From the NCBI GenBank assembly GCA_026770705.1, contig JANJGN010000018.1, forward strand, positions 40,362,001 through 40,426,000: a stretch of DNA of 64,000 nucleotides. Direction: 5' to 3'. The DNA comes from Isurus oxyrinchus (taxonomy: Eukaryota). This document shows, piece after piece, positions 1-13,066 of the stretch; the first letter of the stretch is position 1; each line of letters starts with the position of its first letter. The position numbers were made by a program, and so were the translations under genes. The notes under the pieces are model-generated. The model was not told where the DNA came from, made no database searches, and worked only from the letters and a program-made list of their open reading frames with translations.

Positions 1-8
1 TCCCTAAC

Positions 9-450
9 ATGACTGCACTAGGCTTTCCTCTTTGAATTGAACAGAACCAGAAGAATGAACAGGTGTCATGCAGAGCACAAGCTGGTTGCAGAGGGAGGAG
101 GAGGAAGGGGAAAAGAGCTCTCAGCCGGGGGTCGTAAAAGACTACAAAAGATGACTGCCAAACAGTCACCTGACTTTTGTGGATTGAAACTCCTCCCCTG
201 TCTCAGGAGTAAACCATAGGAATATGTTGGATCAATGTCCTTCCTGAAACTAATCCAAAATTGAATGGGCTATTCAAACAAAAAGATACTGCTCAGGGTC
301 CTTGGTAAGTATTTCTCCTACCCAATCTTCCTGATGACTAAGGTATGAGACATCAACACTTCACTAAGGAGATTGTCACTGAAATCTGCCAACTGTTGCA
401 GTCAAAGCTTCCTCAGACCAAGGCCTGCATTGCAACTATTATGGTTGAAC
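9..450 (+). pseudogene. PIF/Harbinger transposase N-terminal remnant, interrupted by an LTR-like fragment at about 136-285
   Basis: Reads ..GRRRKGKRALSR / LRVLGKYFSYPNLPDD*GMRHQHFTKEIVTEICQLLQ, matching the Harbinger transposase N-terminal pattern also seen at 28600-28760. Confidence 0.55.
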
Positions 451-589
451 AGCTGGGAGTGTGTGTAGGTTGTGCGGTATGTTTGAGATGTGCAACAGTG
501 CTAAGCATGTGAGGGTGAGGTGGAGCATATTGTCATGCCCGAGTATATTCTGAACTTCAAACTAATTTTTATATTTTACAGCTGAACAC

Positions 590-1410
590 AAAAGATTATA
601 AAAGATGGCCACCCAAGTATCACTTGATTTCTTTTGCAGGTTGAAACTCCTCCCCTTTCTCAAGAGAAAACCAAAGGAATATTCCAGACTGATGTTGGAT
701 CAATGTCCGTTTCTGAAACTAATCTAAAATTGAATAGGCCATCCAAAGACACTGGCTGTCTCAAACTCTTAAAAGATGTGAAACCACAAATTTAAATATA
801 TAATTAACCTAACTACCCACTTAATTTGCAAAAGGACTTTGAATGTAGAAGGTCACAAGATGAGATTGTCATAATTGCTCTCTGCTGTCAGATCAGTAGA
901 AGCTGCTTGCAGTAAGAGAGTTCCATCAAAAGTCATCAAACGAGCTTCAAGCAGCCAAGGTAATTAACAGCAACACGTTGAAAGTGGGGATCCCCACATG
1001 AGGGAAGGATGCCCCAACCTGTTCTGGTTAAAGTTCACCTGATGTCCACCTTCCTAGAAATTTGACTACCAAAAACCTCACAGCCTGCTGAGAGTCTCTC
1101 TTTAAAAGGCTTTACTTCAACTTTAAAGCATCAACTGCATCTAGAAAATTACAGGCCTGCCAAAGAGACTGAAATGACTATAAACTTTAACAGCATCTGT
1201 ATCTAACCTTTGTGTGAGTGAGAGTGTGTGTGAAATGAGTGAGTGAAACTTTGTATTAAATTCAAGGTCAGTATTAATATATAAACTTATTTATCTTTAA
1301 AATCACAAAAACTTGCTAGTGGAATTATTTAATTGGGAAGCTCACTCGGAGGGTAAGAAAATATTCACCTCTTACATACAAGCATACTGATCACGGACAG
1401 TAAAAAGAAA
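590..1410 (+). mobile_element. LTR-like repeat (unclassified); its first ~170 bp are repeated at 136-285
   Basis: Direct repeat of aaagactacaaaagatg...gaaactaatccaaaattgaat at 136-275 and 590-740. Composition resembles long LTRs. Confidence 0.4.
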
Positions 1411-1414
1411 CAAG

Positions 1415-2066
1415 GGGCTGAATCTCCTGGTCGACATGTGGAGCGTGCAAGCTGACGTCATCTCAATAGTTTGTGCGGCGGGCGCGTGCTGGATGTGGCT
1501 GCGCGCCAGCGGAAATGTTAACGGCCTATTAAGGCCATTAAAAAAAGAAATTAAACTAGGTAAGAATGCTGCTCGTCTAACCTTAACGTTGGCGGGCAGG
1601 CACAGAGCCCAAGCGGCTTTTGCGTTTTTCAGGAAACCTCATCCACGTGCCAGATGAGGTTTCCTGAAGCTTTTATAAAATAAATAAATACATTTTCCAA
1701 ACTTCACAAACATGTCCCAGCTCATATGAGACTGTCACATGTGGGGACATGTTTAAGTTAATTTTTACTTTATTTACTAAAAAGTTTTCTAATCAATTCA
1801 ATCTTCCTGAGGCAGCTCCATGCCTCAGGGAGATTGCTGCACTCTTTTGCGAGCATGCGCGAAACAGGCCCCAACTCTCCCTCCTCCCCCCCATCCACAC
1901 ACGTGGCGCTGAGCACTACTGGCCGCACATTATGCTGGATGGGCCTTAATTGGCCCAACCGCGTAAAGTGGTGGCACGCGGCCAATCGCGGGCAGCGATC
2001 GGCTCTGCACCCACTCCTGCCCAGCCGTCCGCCACAGGAAAAGCTCTCCTCATGTAAATTCTGCCC
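1415..2066 (+). mobile_element. Harbinger-derived MITE, family A, copy 1
   Basis: TIRs gggctgaat / aaattctgccc, 3-bp flanks aag/atg, three internal hairpins. Homologous to 16943-17595, 34312-35020 and 47095-47736. Confidence 0.8.
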
Positions 2067-2677
2067 ATGACAATATAAGTGTTAAGTCCTGTTTGATAAA
2101 GATTCTTGCTAAGTTATGTAAGTGCGGACAGTTGTGCAGATGCAGATGTTAGGATATGAATTCACCGACCTTGAACACTTCTGTCAGATCGTTAAACTTC
2201 TTCTGGCACAACATCCAGGGCCTTGGGGCTTACCTCCTGGTACTGACGTCCATGGCTAACTATTTCCACTGCCTTCTTATTAGATGTCTGGAAGACCTCC
2301 TACTCCCCTGAGTATACAGGAAATCTCTCCTCCTTTCCACCAGCTCCAGCTCCAGTGCAGCATCAGAAAGCCTGCATGCCCCCTCACTCGCAGGGTCTTT
2401 TTTTTTGCAAAAATATACTTTATTCATAAATCTTCAAAAAACATTTCGAACCATTTCAAAATCACCATCACAAAAATACAATCAGGTTCAACTTTTACAA
2501 CATGAATCACAAGGTGTATCAGTACAAACAATGAATATTACAATCATTGGCAGACATTCATTTTGAGCTGTACATCCGAGGGGCTCTAAACAGTTCCCAG
2601 CCCCTCGGTGCACTATGGCAGAAAGGTCTTAGAGAGCGACCTTTCCCCATTGTGCCTTTGCGGCGGCTGCCCCAAGC

Positions 2678-5600
2678 TTAACTGTGTCCTTCAGCATGTA
2701 GTCCTGGACCTTGGAATGTGCCAGTCTGCAACACTCGGTCGGGGACAACTCTGCGTTGGAAGACCAACAAGTTTCGGGCAGACCAAAGAGCGTCTTTCAC
2801 CGAGTTGATGATCCTCCAGCTGCAGCTGATGTTTGTCTCAGTGTGTGTCCCTGGGAACAGGCCATAGAGCACAGAGTCCTGTGTCACAGAACTGCTCGGG
2901 ATGAACCTTGACAGAAACCACCGCATCTCTCTCCAGACTTTCTTTGCAAAGGCACAATCTACAAGGAGGTGAACAACGGTCTCTTCCCCACTACAGCCAC
3001 CTCGAGGGCAACGTGCAGAGGGGGGTGAGACTCCTGGCATGTAGGAAGGATCTTACAGGGAGGGCCTTTCTCACCACCAGCCAAGCTACGTCTTGGTGCT
3101 TGTTGGAAAGTTCTGGCGATGAGGCATTCTGCCAAATGACTTTGTCAGTCTGCTCAGGGAACCATCCCACAGGATCCACCCTCTCCTTTTCCCTCAGGGT
3201 CTTTAAGACGTTACGTGCCGACCACTGCCTGATGGACTTGTGGTTAAAGGTGTTTCTCTGCATAAATTTTCCCCCGAGGGACAGGTGGTACGGCACGGTC
3301 CAACTACTTGGAGCGTTCCACGGCAGCATGGCCAGACCCATCCTTCGCAACACTGGGGACAGGTAGAACCTCAGCATGTAGTGACACTTGGTGTTTGCAT
3401 ACTGAGGGTCTATGCACCGCTTGATGCAGCCATACACAAAGGTGGCCATCAGTATGAGGGCGATGTTGCGCACATTTTTCCCCCTTTATCTAGAGGCTTG
3501 TACATCATGTCCCTGCAGACACGATCCATTTTCGACCTCCAGATAAAGCGGAAGATGGCTCGGGTGATTGTCACCACACAGGAGTGTGGAATGGGCCAGA
3601 CCTGTGCCACGTACAGCAACAGCAAGAGTGCCTCACACCTGATGACCAGGTTCTTACCCGCAATGAAGAGGGACCGTTGCTCCCACAAGCCCAGTTTCCT
3701 TTTCACCGTAGACACCCGCTCCTTCCAGTTTCTAACGCGTGCCCTGGTTCCTCCGAACCATATGCCCAGCACCTTCAGGCCGTCAGCCCTGACAGTGAAG
3801 GAGACAAAGAATCGGTCAGCCCAGTTCCCAAAGAACATAGCCTCACTCTTCCCATGATTTACCTTGGCTCCCGAGGCCAGTTCAAACTGGTCGCAGATGT
3901 GGATCAGTCTGTGCACCAACAGGGGATCTGAGCAGAAGACGGCGACATCGTCCATGTACAGGGAGGCTTTGCTCTGAGTGCCTCCACTGTCTGGGATCGT
4001 CACTCCTCCTATGCCCGGATCCTTCCTGATGGACTCAGCAAAGTATTCTATGCAACACACAAAAAGGACAGGAGAGAGAGGGCAGCCCTGCCTGACTCCA
4101 GATTTAATAGGAAAGCTATCTGATTCTCACCCATTGATAGAGACTGCACTACTGATGTTAGTGTAGAGCAGTTGGATCCAATTGCGAATTCCCTCCCCAA
4201 ACCCCATTTTGGAGAGCACATCCACCATGTAGGTGTGTGATATTCTGTCAAAGGCCTTCTCCTGATCCAGGCTGATGAGGCAGGTATCCACACCCCTGTC
4301 CTGCACATAGGCAATCGTATCCCTGAGCAGCACCAGGCTGTCAGAGATCTTCCTGCCCGGCACTGTGCAGATCTGGTCAGGGTGGATCACCAATTCCAGA
4401 GCGGATTTGACCCGATTGGCGATGACCTTGGACAGAATCTTATAGTCCACATTCAACAGTGAAATGGATCGCCAATTTCTAATTTCCTCCCTTCCCACCT
4501 TGTGCTTGTAGATGAGGGCAAGCAGGCAAGCCGTCACTTCCGGGAGTTTTGCTCTTCTCGAAGGACTCAAGGGCCTCAGTCAGTTCATCAGGAGTTAGTG
4601 CTTTGTCCAGGCTCTCCCTTATACTGTCGTCTAAGACCTCCGTGAAAGAAGACAGGAAGGACTGGGAGGCCGTGCTGTCTGTGGGCTTCACGTCGTACAA
4701 TCCAGCATAAAAGGATTTGCTGATCCTCAAAATGTCGGACTGTGATGACTTTACTGAGCTGTCTTCTTCCTTCAGGCTGTTGATCACAGAGTTCTCTCTG
4801 TGTACCTTTTGGAAGAAGAAACGTGAGCACGTCTCATCCTGCTCCACGGAGCGGACTCTGGAACGGAAGATGATCTTGGAGGCCTCCGAGGCAAAGAGTG
4901 AGGCTTGCTGGCTCTTCACCTCTTGGAGTTCCTCCTTGACATTGACTGCCATTGACTGCAGCCAGAGCAGATTCTGCATGTTTTTCTGGAGTCGGGACAT
5001 TTCCCTCTGTTCCTTTCTAGCTTTCTGGGTGCCTTTGAGGATGAAAAACCTCTTGATGTTTCCCTTGATCGCTTCCCACCAGTGTGTCAGGGATTCAAAG
5101 TGGGGTTTCATCATTCTCCAAACTTTGTAATCTCTCTTGAGCTCCTCAATGTTCTCTGGGGTCAGCAGTTGCACATTTAGCTTCCATGCCCCCCTGCCAA
5201 CCCTCTGGTCTTCCTCTAAGTGACAGTCAGCCAGTAGGAGGCAGTGGTCAGAGAAGAACACCGGCTTGACGCGGTGGATCTGACTGCGAATGCACGGGAC
5301 ACAAACAGGAAGTCTATCCTGGAACGGATGGACCCATCAGGCCGTGACCAGGTGTATCTACGCTGCGCTCCATCTGCAGGGTTGCTGAAGACATCGTGCA
5401 ACTTGGCATCTTTAACTGTTTCCATCAGGGATCTGGACGTAACGTCCAATCTGCTGTCGGCCCTGCCAGATCGTCCAGCCACATCGATGATGCAGTTGAA
5501 GCCACCGCCCAGAATGACCGGCCTGGAGGCCGCTCAGCCCCTTGTGACGGGGCGTACACGTTAATTAACCGGAGTGGAGCATTCTTGTACATTACGTCTG

Positions 5601-5872
5601 CTACGAGGAGGCGCCCGCCCACCACTTCCTTAACCTGGGAGACGGTGAAGCTGCCTCCCGCAGCAGAATACCCAGGCCAGAAGAACGAGAGTCGTTTCCG
5701 CCCAACCAGATCGATGGCCCATGGGATCACCATCATGACCATTGCCTGTAGGAGCTGAGGTGCGGTATCGCACACTCCTGCAGAAACAACAGGTCAGCTT
5801 TGACCTTGGCAAGGTAGTCCAAGGTCGCAACACGTCGTGTAGTAGATTTATGGATACAATCTTTAAACCCAT
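2678..5872 (-). pseudogene. Tx1/L1 ORF2 (AP endonuclease-RT-zf-RVT), fragmented
   Basis: GGxFN/SRIDF/SDH endonuclease motifs; RT motifs WRSISLLNVDYKI, DQEKAFD and SLYMDD; C-terminal CPRGGCSGEETVVHLLVDC. Confidence 0.9.
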
Positions 5873-5882
5873 TTTAAAGCAT

Positions 5883-7272
5883 TTAGTCTCTTACCAAACC
5901 TGTTGTCTCTGAGAGTTCCAGACCTTTGGTCTGCTCCTTCATGCTTGTAGTGTGCTCAAATTGCCTCACTTTGGATGGGCTGAGGAAACCGTCCTGAACC
6001 GAGTGGCATCTGGGGGTCCGTGCAGAGAATGGGTTTGAAATGTCCTCTGTTGGAGAAGCTTCTCCAATCCTCTCCCCCTCTGGGGCATTGCTGCTCCCGG
6101 CTTCCCGGAGCTGGGGTGCACTGAGCGTCTCACTGTTCCCAGATTCCTGGGACTGTGGAACACTGGCCTCTTCGGGTTGAGGGCAAAGTTGGGGTGCGCT
6201 GGTCTCCTCATTGTCTCCAATGTTCTGGAGCTCGGGTGTCTCGCCCTCCAACTCCCTAGAGCTTTGCTGCTTCTTCTGTCAGCGATGCCCTGGCCCTTCT
6301 TCACCCGAAGAGCTGCTGCCCTTGTCATTCGTGTCGAATGGGAGACACCTCTTGACTGTTGTCTGGGAAGTGGCTTGGTTTCTTCTTAGCCCTTTCTTCC
6401 TTTTGGCTCTCTTCACCGTCTGCCACTCCCCCTGCTGCTTTCCCACTGCTGCCTCCTCCTCTTCCTCCGTTGATTCACTCTCTTGAGGAGTGGGAAGTTC
6501 AGGGGGCAGTGCTGTTGATTGGCTGTCTGTTGCCCCAATCTTTTCCTCCACCTTGTCTCTCTCTGTGTCCTCCTTTGTCCCGATGTTCTCCCTGGGGGCC
6601 TTGGTGGTTGGAGTGACACGAAGCATTTCTTCTGCTTCCCCCTCGTTGGCTTTGGCTGCCTGTGCATAAGTACGGCAATGTTGGGGAAGGTCTTGTAGAG
6701 GTGACTTGCCTCGCCACACAGGTTGCAGCACTTAGCCTGTTTACAGTCTTTTGTCTGGTGCCCGCCCTGTTTGCAGTTCTTGCAGAGGACAGCGCTGCAG
6801 TTGGCCGCCACATGACCAGCCTTGCCGCATGAGTGACAAAGTTTGGGTTGCCCAGCGTAGACAAGGTAGCCACGGCTTCCCCCGATAGCAAATCTGGAAG
6901 GAGGGTGGAAGATGGCTCCCTTACCGTCGGTCTTGAGCGTGACTTTAACCTGGCGTTTACATGTCCAGATCCCCAAATCATCTCTAACCGTGGTGCAGCT
7001 CCCAACCTTATCGTACCTGGTAAGGAAGGTGAGCACGTCAGCGACAGGGACGTAGGGGTTGTAAAGATGCACCGTCGCAACACGTTCTCGTTGCAACGGC
7101 AGAACAAAGAGTGGCTCCGCCGTCAGGATCTTCATTTCTGGCAGGTCTTTCTTCTCCTCAAACACCTTCAGGAGCTTGACGCAAGCTGCCACTTGCTTGA
7201 ACATCACATCAAAAAATCCAGCGCTGGGGATGTCCTGTAGGCAGTAGATATCTGTAGCCTCGAAAACTCGAA
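5883..7272 (-). pseudogene. Tx1/L1 ORF1 (gag-like, three CCHC zinc knuckles), frameshifted
   Basis: CHSCGKAGHVAANC, CKNCKQGGHQTKDC and CNLCGEASHLYKT, followed by an acidic low-complexity tail in other frames. Confidence 0.85.
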
Positions 7273-7399
7273 GCCCCCTCACTTGCATGGTCAGCTATTC
7301 CTTCCTCTTTCCCAGTTCAGATTCACTTGTAAAATGACTCACAGCTCCTGCGCCCATCACAATGCTCCTCCCCTTTAGGTAGTGCAAGTTGGTAACGTT

Positions 7400-8101
7400 G
7401 GGCAGAAGTTTCCGCTCCTGCTAGTGATGGGCTGGGACAATTCATTTGGCATGAGTCAAAAATTGGGAAAATAGTTTGGAATAGGTGGGTTAAATTTCCC
7501 AGCAAGCAATGTTAGGAACCCCATTCGCATTCATTACCATGTCACGAATGCTCATTAAAAGGCCAATTCACCAGAATCATGTTCCCCCTCCAAGTTAAGT
7601 TCCCCACCAACGGGTAATTAGAATGTTCTGTTTTATGACGATATATAAGTGGCATACGCCTGGCAAGCTTCACTTCATACGAAACTTTGATGCTGCTTTG
7701 CCTTCTATTGAACCATCACTGCCATATAATGAGTGCAGGAGCACAAGTTGCACCAAGGCTGGATACAGGAGGCACAACCAGCAGGGAGGGGTGAGACAGA
7801 GGCAGGACTGGGAGGGGAGGGAAGGGAAGGATCAGAGAGCAAAGGTGAAAGACTGACCAGGAGGCATGTATAAGCGACTGTCCAGGCAGTGGTGAAAGAC
7901 TGTCCAGTTGTCACTTAAATTATGGCACCAGGACCTTCAACCCCATGAAATAATTATAGGAGGGGCAACTTCCTGTCCACCCTGCTATGAGATTCACCAA
8001 GCTCCTCGCAGATGCAAAGTTAGTGGAACAATGAACAGTGCAAAATTGCACATGTTCAGCCGTCCCACTGCACAGTGGATATCATTCTGAATTTCCTGCC
8101 C
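7400..8101. mobile_element. Harbinger-type MITE (second family)
   Basis: TIRs gggcagaagtttcc / gaatttcctgccc. An additional lone TIR (gaaagattccacccc) lies at about 8126-8140. Confidence 0.55.
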
Positions 8102-9374
8102 ATCACTGGACTTACTGCCCAGAATGAAAGATTCCACCCAATAATTTAGCTCCTTTCTGATGTATATTGTAGTATGAGGATGTTCAGGGCTGAAAGTTCA
8201 TGTGTGGGACTGGAGAAAATAGTACTGCCCACATAACGATGTAAGAAGGAATCATATGACTAAGAGTCGAGAAGGGGAAAGCTCATGGCTTAGACTGAGT
8301 AATACCTGTTGTCTTGTATATCTATAAATGATTATGTTCTTACAACAAACCAGTTATTGTTCAGATATGTTTATGTCTCTACAACCATTCCTTAGCCAGC
8401 AAATCTTGAAAAAGGCTTAAAAGCTTCAAATTTATAGTGTAATAAGCAGGCAGCACTGGGAGAAATTCTATTTTAATGAGCGTGGGTTGATACACCCCAC
8501 AGCCTGGATCTGAGGTCAGTGTGGCAATACACTGTGTGGCAACAATTGAAAAAAAAATCCGCTGCTTAATACAATTCCCCAAAGGGAAGAAAACAGTGAG
8601 CTGGTCTTAATAATTACTTCTAGCGATCAGTTTGAAATTTCTGCAAAGTTTAGGAACAACTACCAAAGGGAGTCAGTGACTGAAGTGGGTATGAGTAAAA
8701 GCCTGATCAATGTGGGGAAACTCCGTTACTGCAACAGGAGTTTAAAAATCCAGGCAAACATGCAAAGAACTTAAAACAGTTATGAATGCTAAATTGACTT
8801 TGCCAGACCAATTTGGGCGCATGAAAGAGCCAGATCAGAGACAGAATTAGGAACTATGGAAGAAGAGATTTTTAAGTTTCAAAATTGCATCCAGATTGAA
8901 CAATAAGTCTGAGGCTGAACAAGTCAATGTATTATTGTACTCTGCTGGAGCAAGTGCTGATGATGTGATGACAAAACAAGGCATTAACGAAACATCAGGC
9001 AAATTAGAAGACTTCTTAAAAGCTTTTGATAATTATTTCAACCTATGCAGTAACAAGATATTAGAAAGAGCCAAGCTTAACAAAAGTGTCCAGAAACCTA
9101 GTGAACCAATGTGTACCTTTAACAAAGACCTGTATCGACAGACTGAAGGTAGTAAATATGATGACCTTAAATCTGAACTAATAAAAGATGCATCATACTC
9201 GGGGTAACTGATGACACCGTTTCTGACCTACTGCAGTCCAAAGAAGACTTAACTTTGCAGAAGGCGATAGTTAGTCAATCAGAAGTCTGTCAGCAAAATA
9301 CAACCATGCTAAGAGGAGAAGACAAACCGTGGTTCAGAAAACGCCCCAATTTAAAAAGGGCGCGAGGGATTGGC

Positions 9375-10215
9375 CAGAAAAGTATAGGCCAGTCAGACTG
9401 ACTTCAGTGGTGAGTAAATTATTGGATTAAATTTTGAGAAAGAGGATAAACTGTCATGGACTGATCAGGGATAGTCAGCATGTTTTTGTTAGGGGGAGAC
9501 CATATCTTACTAACTTAATTAAATCTTTTGAGGAAGTTACAAGAAGGATTGATGAGGGTAGTGCAGTGGATGTTATCTACATGGATTTTAGTAAGGTCCC
9601 ACATGGCAGACTGGTCAGAAAGTGAGATCCCATGCGATACACGGGAAGGTGACAAGTTGGATCCAAAATTGGAGGCAAAGGGTAATGGTTGATGGATGTT
9701 TTTGTGAATGGAAAGCAGTTTCCAGTGGTGTTCCACAGGACTCAGTGTTGGGGCCATTGCTGTTGGTTGTATATATTAATGATTTGGACTCAAATGTGGG
9801 ATGCATGATTGAGAAATTTGCAGATGACACAAAAATTGGCCATGTAGTTGATAGTGAAGAGGGTCGCTGTTGTGTCCAGAATGATATCAATGGTTTGGTT
9901 GAGTGGGTGGAAAAGTGGCAAACGGAATTAAATCTGGAAATGTGTGAGGTAATGCATTTGGGGAGAGTAAACCAAGCAAGGGAACACTCAATAAAAAGGA
10001 GGATATTGAGAGGGGTTGAGGAAGTGAGAGACCTTGGAATGCATGTTCACATGTCCCTGAAGGTGGTAGGACAGGTGGATCAGATGGTAAAAAAAGCAAA
10101 TGCTTTCCTTTCTCGGATGAGGAACTGAATACAAAAGCAGGGACGTAATGATGGAACTGTATAAAACGCTGGAAGGCCACTGCTAGATTTTGTGTAGAGT
10201 TCTGGTCACCACATT
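9375..10215 (+). mobile_element. CR1 LINE RT fragment nested in Gypsy A gag
   Basis: VPQDSVLGPLLLVVYINDL..KFADDTKIG..WQTELNLEMCEVMHLG. Confidence 0.85.
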
Positions 10216-11140
10216 TCACATCCGCTTCCAGGCCCGCCGATCATGTGCGCCTGACAAAGATTCAGGCCTATGGTTCTATGATGGTACAACTTATTAAACA
10301 AAAGAATGCCAAAGACATTTGGTACAAAAAAGACCTTATGGAAGAAAACCTCCAGATGCCAGTGAACCATGCCAGTGCCGTGGCACCTAAAAGCCTCAAA
10401 AGTGCAGTGTCCTGCAAGCACTGCTTAATGCTTTCATTATAAAAGATTGGGACACTTTGGAAAGATGTGCAGAACTAGAAACCTATCGATACACAGAGAA
10501 AATACGAGAGAATGTTCGCACACAAGACAATAAATGAAATAGAGGAGTTTCACCAAAAAGAGGAACAACAATCTTTCGTAGGCAAGGTCAAAGATCTAAG
10601 TTATACTCTCTGGAATGCAGCCATTTGTGTTATTGGCACATCTCTAATTTCAAATTGATAACAGGAGCAAATGTAACAGTCCTGTCCAATAAAGAACCTT
10701 GGCTACCAAACCTATGGCTGAGGATAATTGAAACACTGTTATATGGTCTTGGAGGGATCTAACTACCAGTTGCGGCATATTGTGAGCAACAGCCCAATAC
10801 AGAAACAAACAGATGTTGGAAATATTATTTGCAATCAGGAATTTTATCTTCTGAGCCAAAATGTCTGTAACAGCCTTACCCTCATCAAAACAGCAGACAA
10901 GGTAAATGTACTGACAGTTACCAATTATGTCAAGCGGAAGTCCTGCAAATTGTCCAGCTGTTCTGATGACCTCGACTGGGAAGTCAGTGCTGATTTTCCA
11001 AAGCTGTTCACTGAGGCCGATGATTCAGCCTTTTTCCAAGAGGATGTCCGGGGACAGAGAATTAACTTGTTCTTCCTGAAGTGGCACTGGCTCAATTGGA
11101 CCTGAGTACCTGAGTGTGGTCATGGCTCTTCATCATTCAG

Positions 11141-11990
11141 TGTCACGAAGATATAATAATTTTCATAATATTTTTTGGTTTATTGTAAAGTAGGCCTTAG
11201 GGGTTTGTGTTGTTCTGCCTGTTTGTGTGATTTAATTACATTTTGTAGCCAAGCAGATTGTGAGTTAAAGTTATCAAAAGAAGTATGGTGTAGAAGTGTC
11301 TTTAATATGCTAATGAGTAAACATGGTTGGGGTCTTAGCACGTAAGGTGTAAAAGCAATTTGCATTTTTAGATAGATGAAGGGGGATTTGAATTTCAAAG
11401 AGGTTAATGAGAAGTGTAGCAACATGAAAATATTTATATTATAAGAAAGGTAAAAGTTCCAAAGACACATGGAAACAATCAAATTTACATATTAAAAATG
11501 GTGAAACATATATAAAGGAGAATGGGGCTATGTGTCAGGAGAAGGCATCATAAGATCTAACAGAAGGGTGTGACGCCTCCAGTATTTATGCATAAAAAAC
11601 CTGCTGTCTACAGAAATTGAAGCTGGAGAAAACCATTTTGAATTCCACTGTCCAGGGTATTGTATTAATTTGCTGGATCTGTTTAAAATCTAAAATGTAT
11701 ATTTTTGGACTGTTGCCTTAAAGTGGGTGTAACTGGGAGTCAGGTTAATTAGGGAGCTATTATAGTAGTAATTTGTAGACCTATGTATGTGCTTGAAACT
11801 TTCTTTTGTTAATAAATATTTTAATTTTAGTTTTCAAAAAAATCCCTAAAGTCTTTGTAGACTTATTACCTATGAAATCAGTGCATACATCTCAAAATAA
11901 ATACAAATTGCAAAACCATTGTGATAGTGGGATCAAGTTTCCCTTCTGGATTTGATCCGCCTGGCACACATCATCTGCAGCATCATAACA
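11141..11990. mobile_element. Solo LTR, 850 bp, TG..CA ends, perfect 5-bp TSD
   Basis: ttcag (11136-11140) | tgtcacg ... cataaca | ttcag (11991-11995). Confidence 0.8.
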
Positions 11991-12595
11991 TTCAGCGAGT
12001 CAGCAGAGAGGGTAGAAAATGAAACCCAGGTGAGCAGTCGAACAAGTGCAGAACCAGAGACAGGACCAAACCAAGCAATGTGCACCTCTTCCATGTTCGA
12101 GGACTGAAGTGGGGTAACTGAACTGATTTCATATTAAGATTGATGTTAAGATGTGCATTAATAGTTTTAGAATAGACAAATGTAGTTTTGAGAGCTCTCT
12201 AGGAATGATAGGAAACATAGGTAACACTGTAGGCATGTAGATGGGTATGTAGCCAGTACTGTTGGAATCCAATTAAAAATCACAAGCCATAAAACTTAAT
12301 GAATTTCACAGCTTGGGTGATCAAGGTATTAAGGAGATAAGGAAACAGACAGGGAGTCCTTAGGCCCCAGACACTAACAAACCTCCTGTCAATAGCTAAA
12401 ACAGGGAACATCTGATGCAGCATGAATTATCCCACTCATTGATTAGTTTATGTGATGTATGTGCTAAAGCAACATCAGTGTTTGAGGACTGTACCAAACA
12501 GTGTACTGCATTGTGAGAACAAAGAACTATAAATTATGAGACACAAACGTTGTATTATTGAGAGATCCTTGGGAAAGCAACAAGGATAGAACAGA

Positions 12596-12684
12596 GATAA
12601 AAACAAAAAAACTGCAGATGCTGGAAATCCAAAACAAAAACAGAATTACCTGGAAAAACTCAGCAGGTCTGGCAGCATCGTCTG
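12596..12684 (-). mobile_element. Penelope-like element terminal fragment with a 15-bp TSD
   Basis: Same terminal sequence as 55135 onward. Flanked by caaggatagaacaga on both sides. Confidence 0.75.
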
Positions 12685-13066
12685 GCAAGGATAGAACAGA
12701 TGCTTGAATAAAATCTTTGCTTACTGGAAGCTCACAGATTCGAGGGTGGTGACTTCTTACAACAAGGACACGGACCATCCTGCCACACTGGGGTTACTGG
12801 AATTCGAGGTACAGGAAGATGTTGATCAAGTTCCTTCCTCACAGCTTCCGGTCTTGCCTACTCAATGACTTATGGAGATAGGTAATCCAGAATTCCCCAA
12901 AACTTAACAACCCAGAGGCTACAAGGAGTCATTGCTCCAGAGATAAAGAATGGCTGGCAAAACTATCAAAAGGGACCAGGATCAACCCAACAATCAAGGA
13001 TAGAGAACATAGTGAATGTAATGAAATGGATAAACCCAAAGAATCCAACCATGAGAGAGAAACAAT

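Larger units (their letters stand above)
2398..7272 (-). mobile_element. Tx1/L1-clade non-LTR retrotransposon, 5'-truncated in ORF1, poly(A) tail, 20-bp TSD
   Basis: AATAAA plus poly(A) at about 2398-2425. TSD gccccctcactcgcagggtc (2378-2397) versus gccccctcacttgcatggtc (7273-7292), 18/20 identical. ORF1 and ORF2 remnants inside. Confidence 0.92.
2130..7330 (-). pseudogene. Harbinger Myb/SANT ORF remnant split by the Tx1/L1 insertion (pieces ~7293-7330 and ~2130-2397)
   Basis: The rejoined empty site reads DHASEGACRLSDAALELELVERRRDFLYTQGSRRSSRHLIRRQWK*LAMDVSTRR*APRPWMLCQKKFNDLTEVFKV, the Myb_DNA-bind_5 pattern. Confidence 0.7.

Noticed and set aside
2711-6616. Long plus-strand ORFs opposite the Tx1/L1 element
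   Set aside because: Antisense shadows of LINE coding sequence with no independent motifs.
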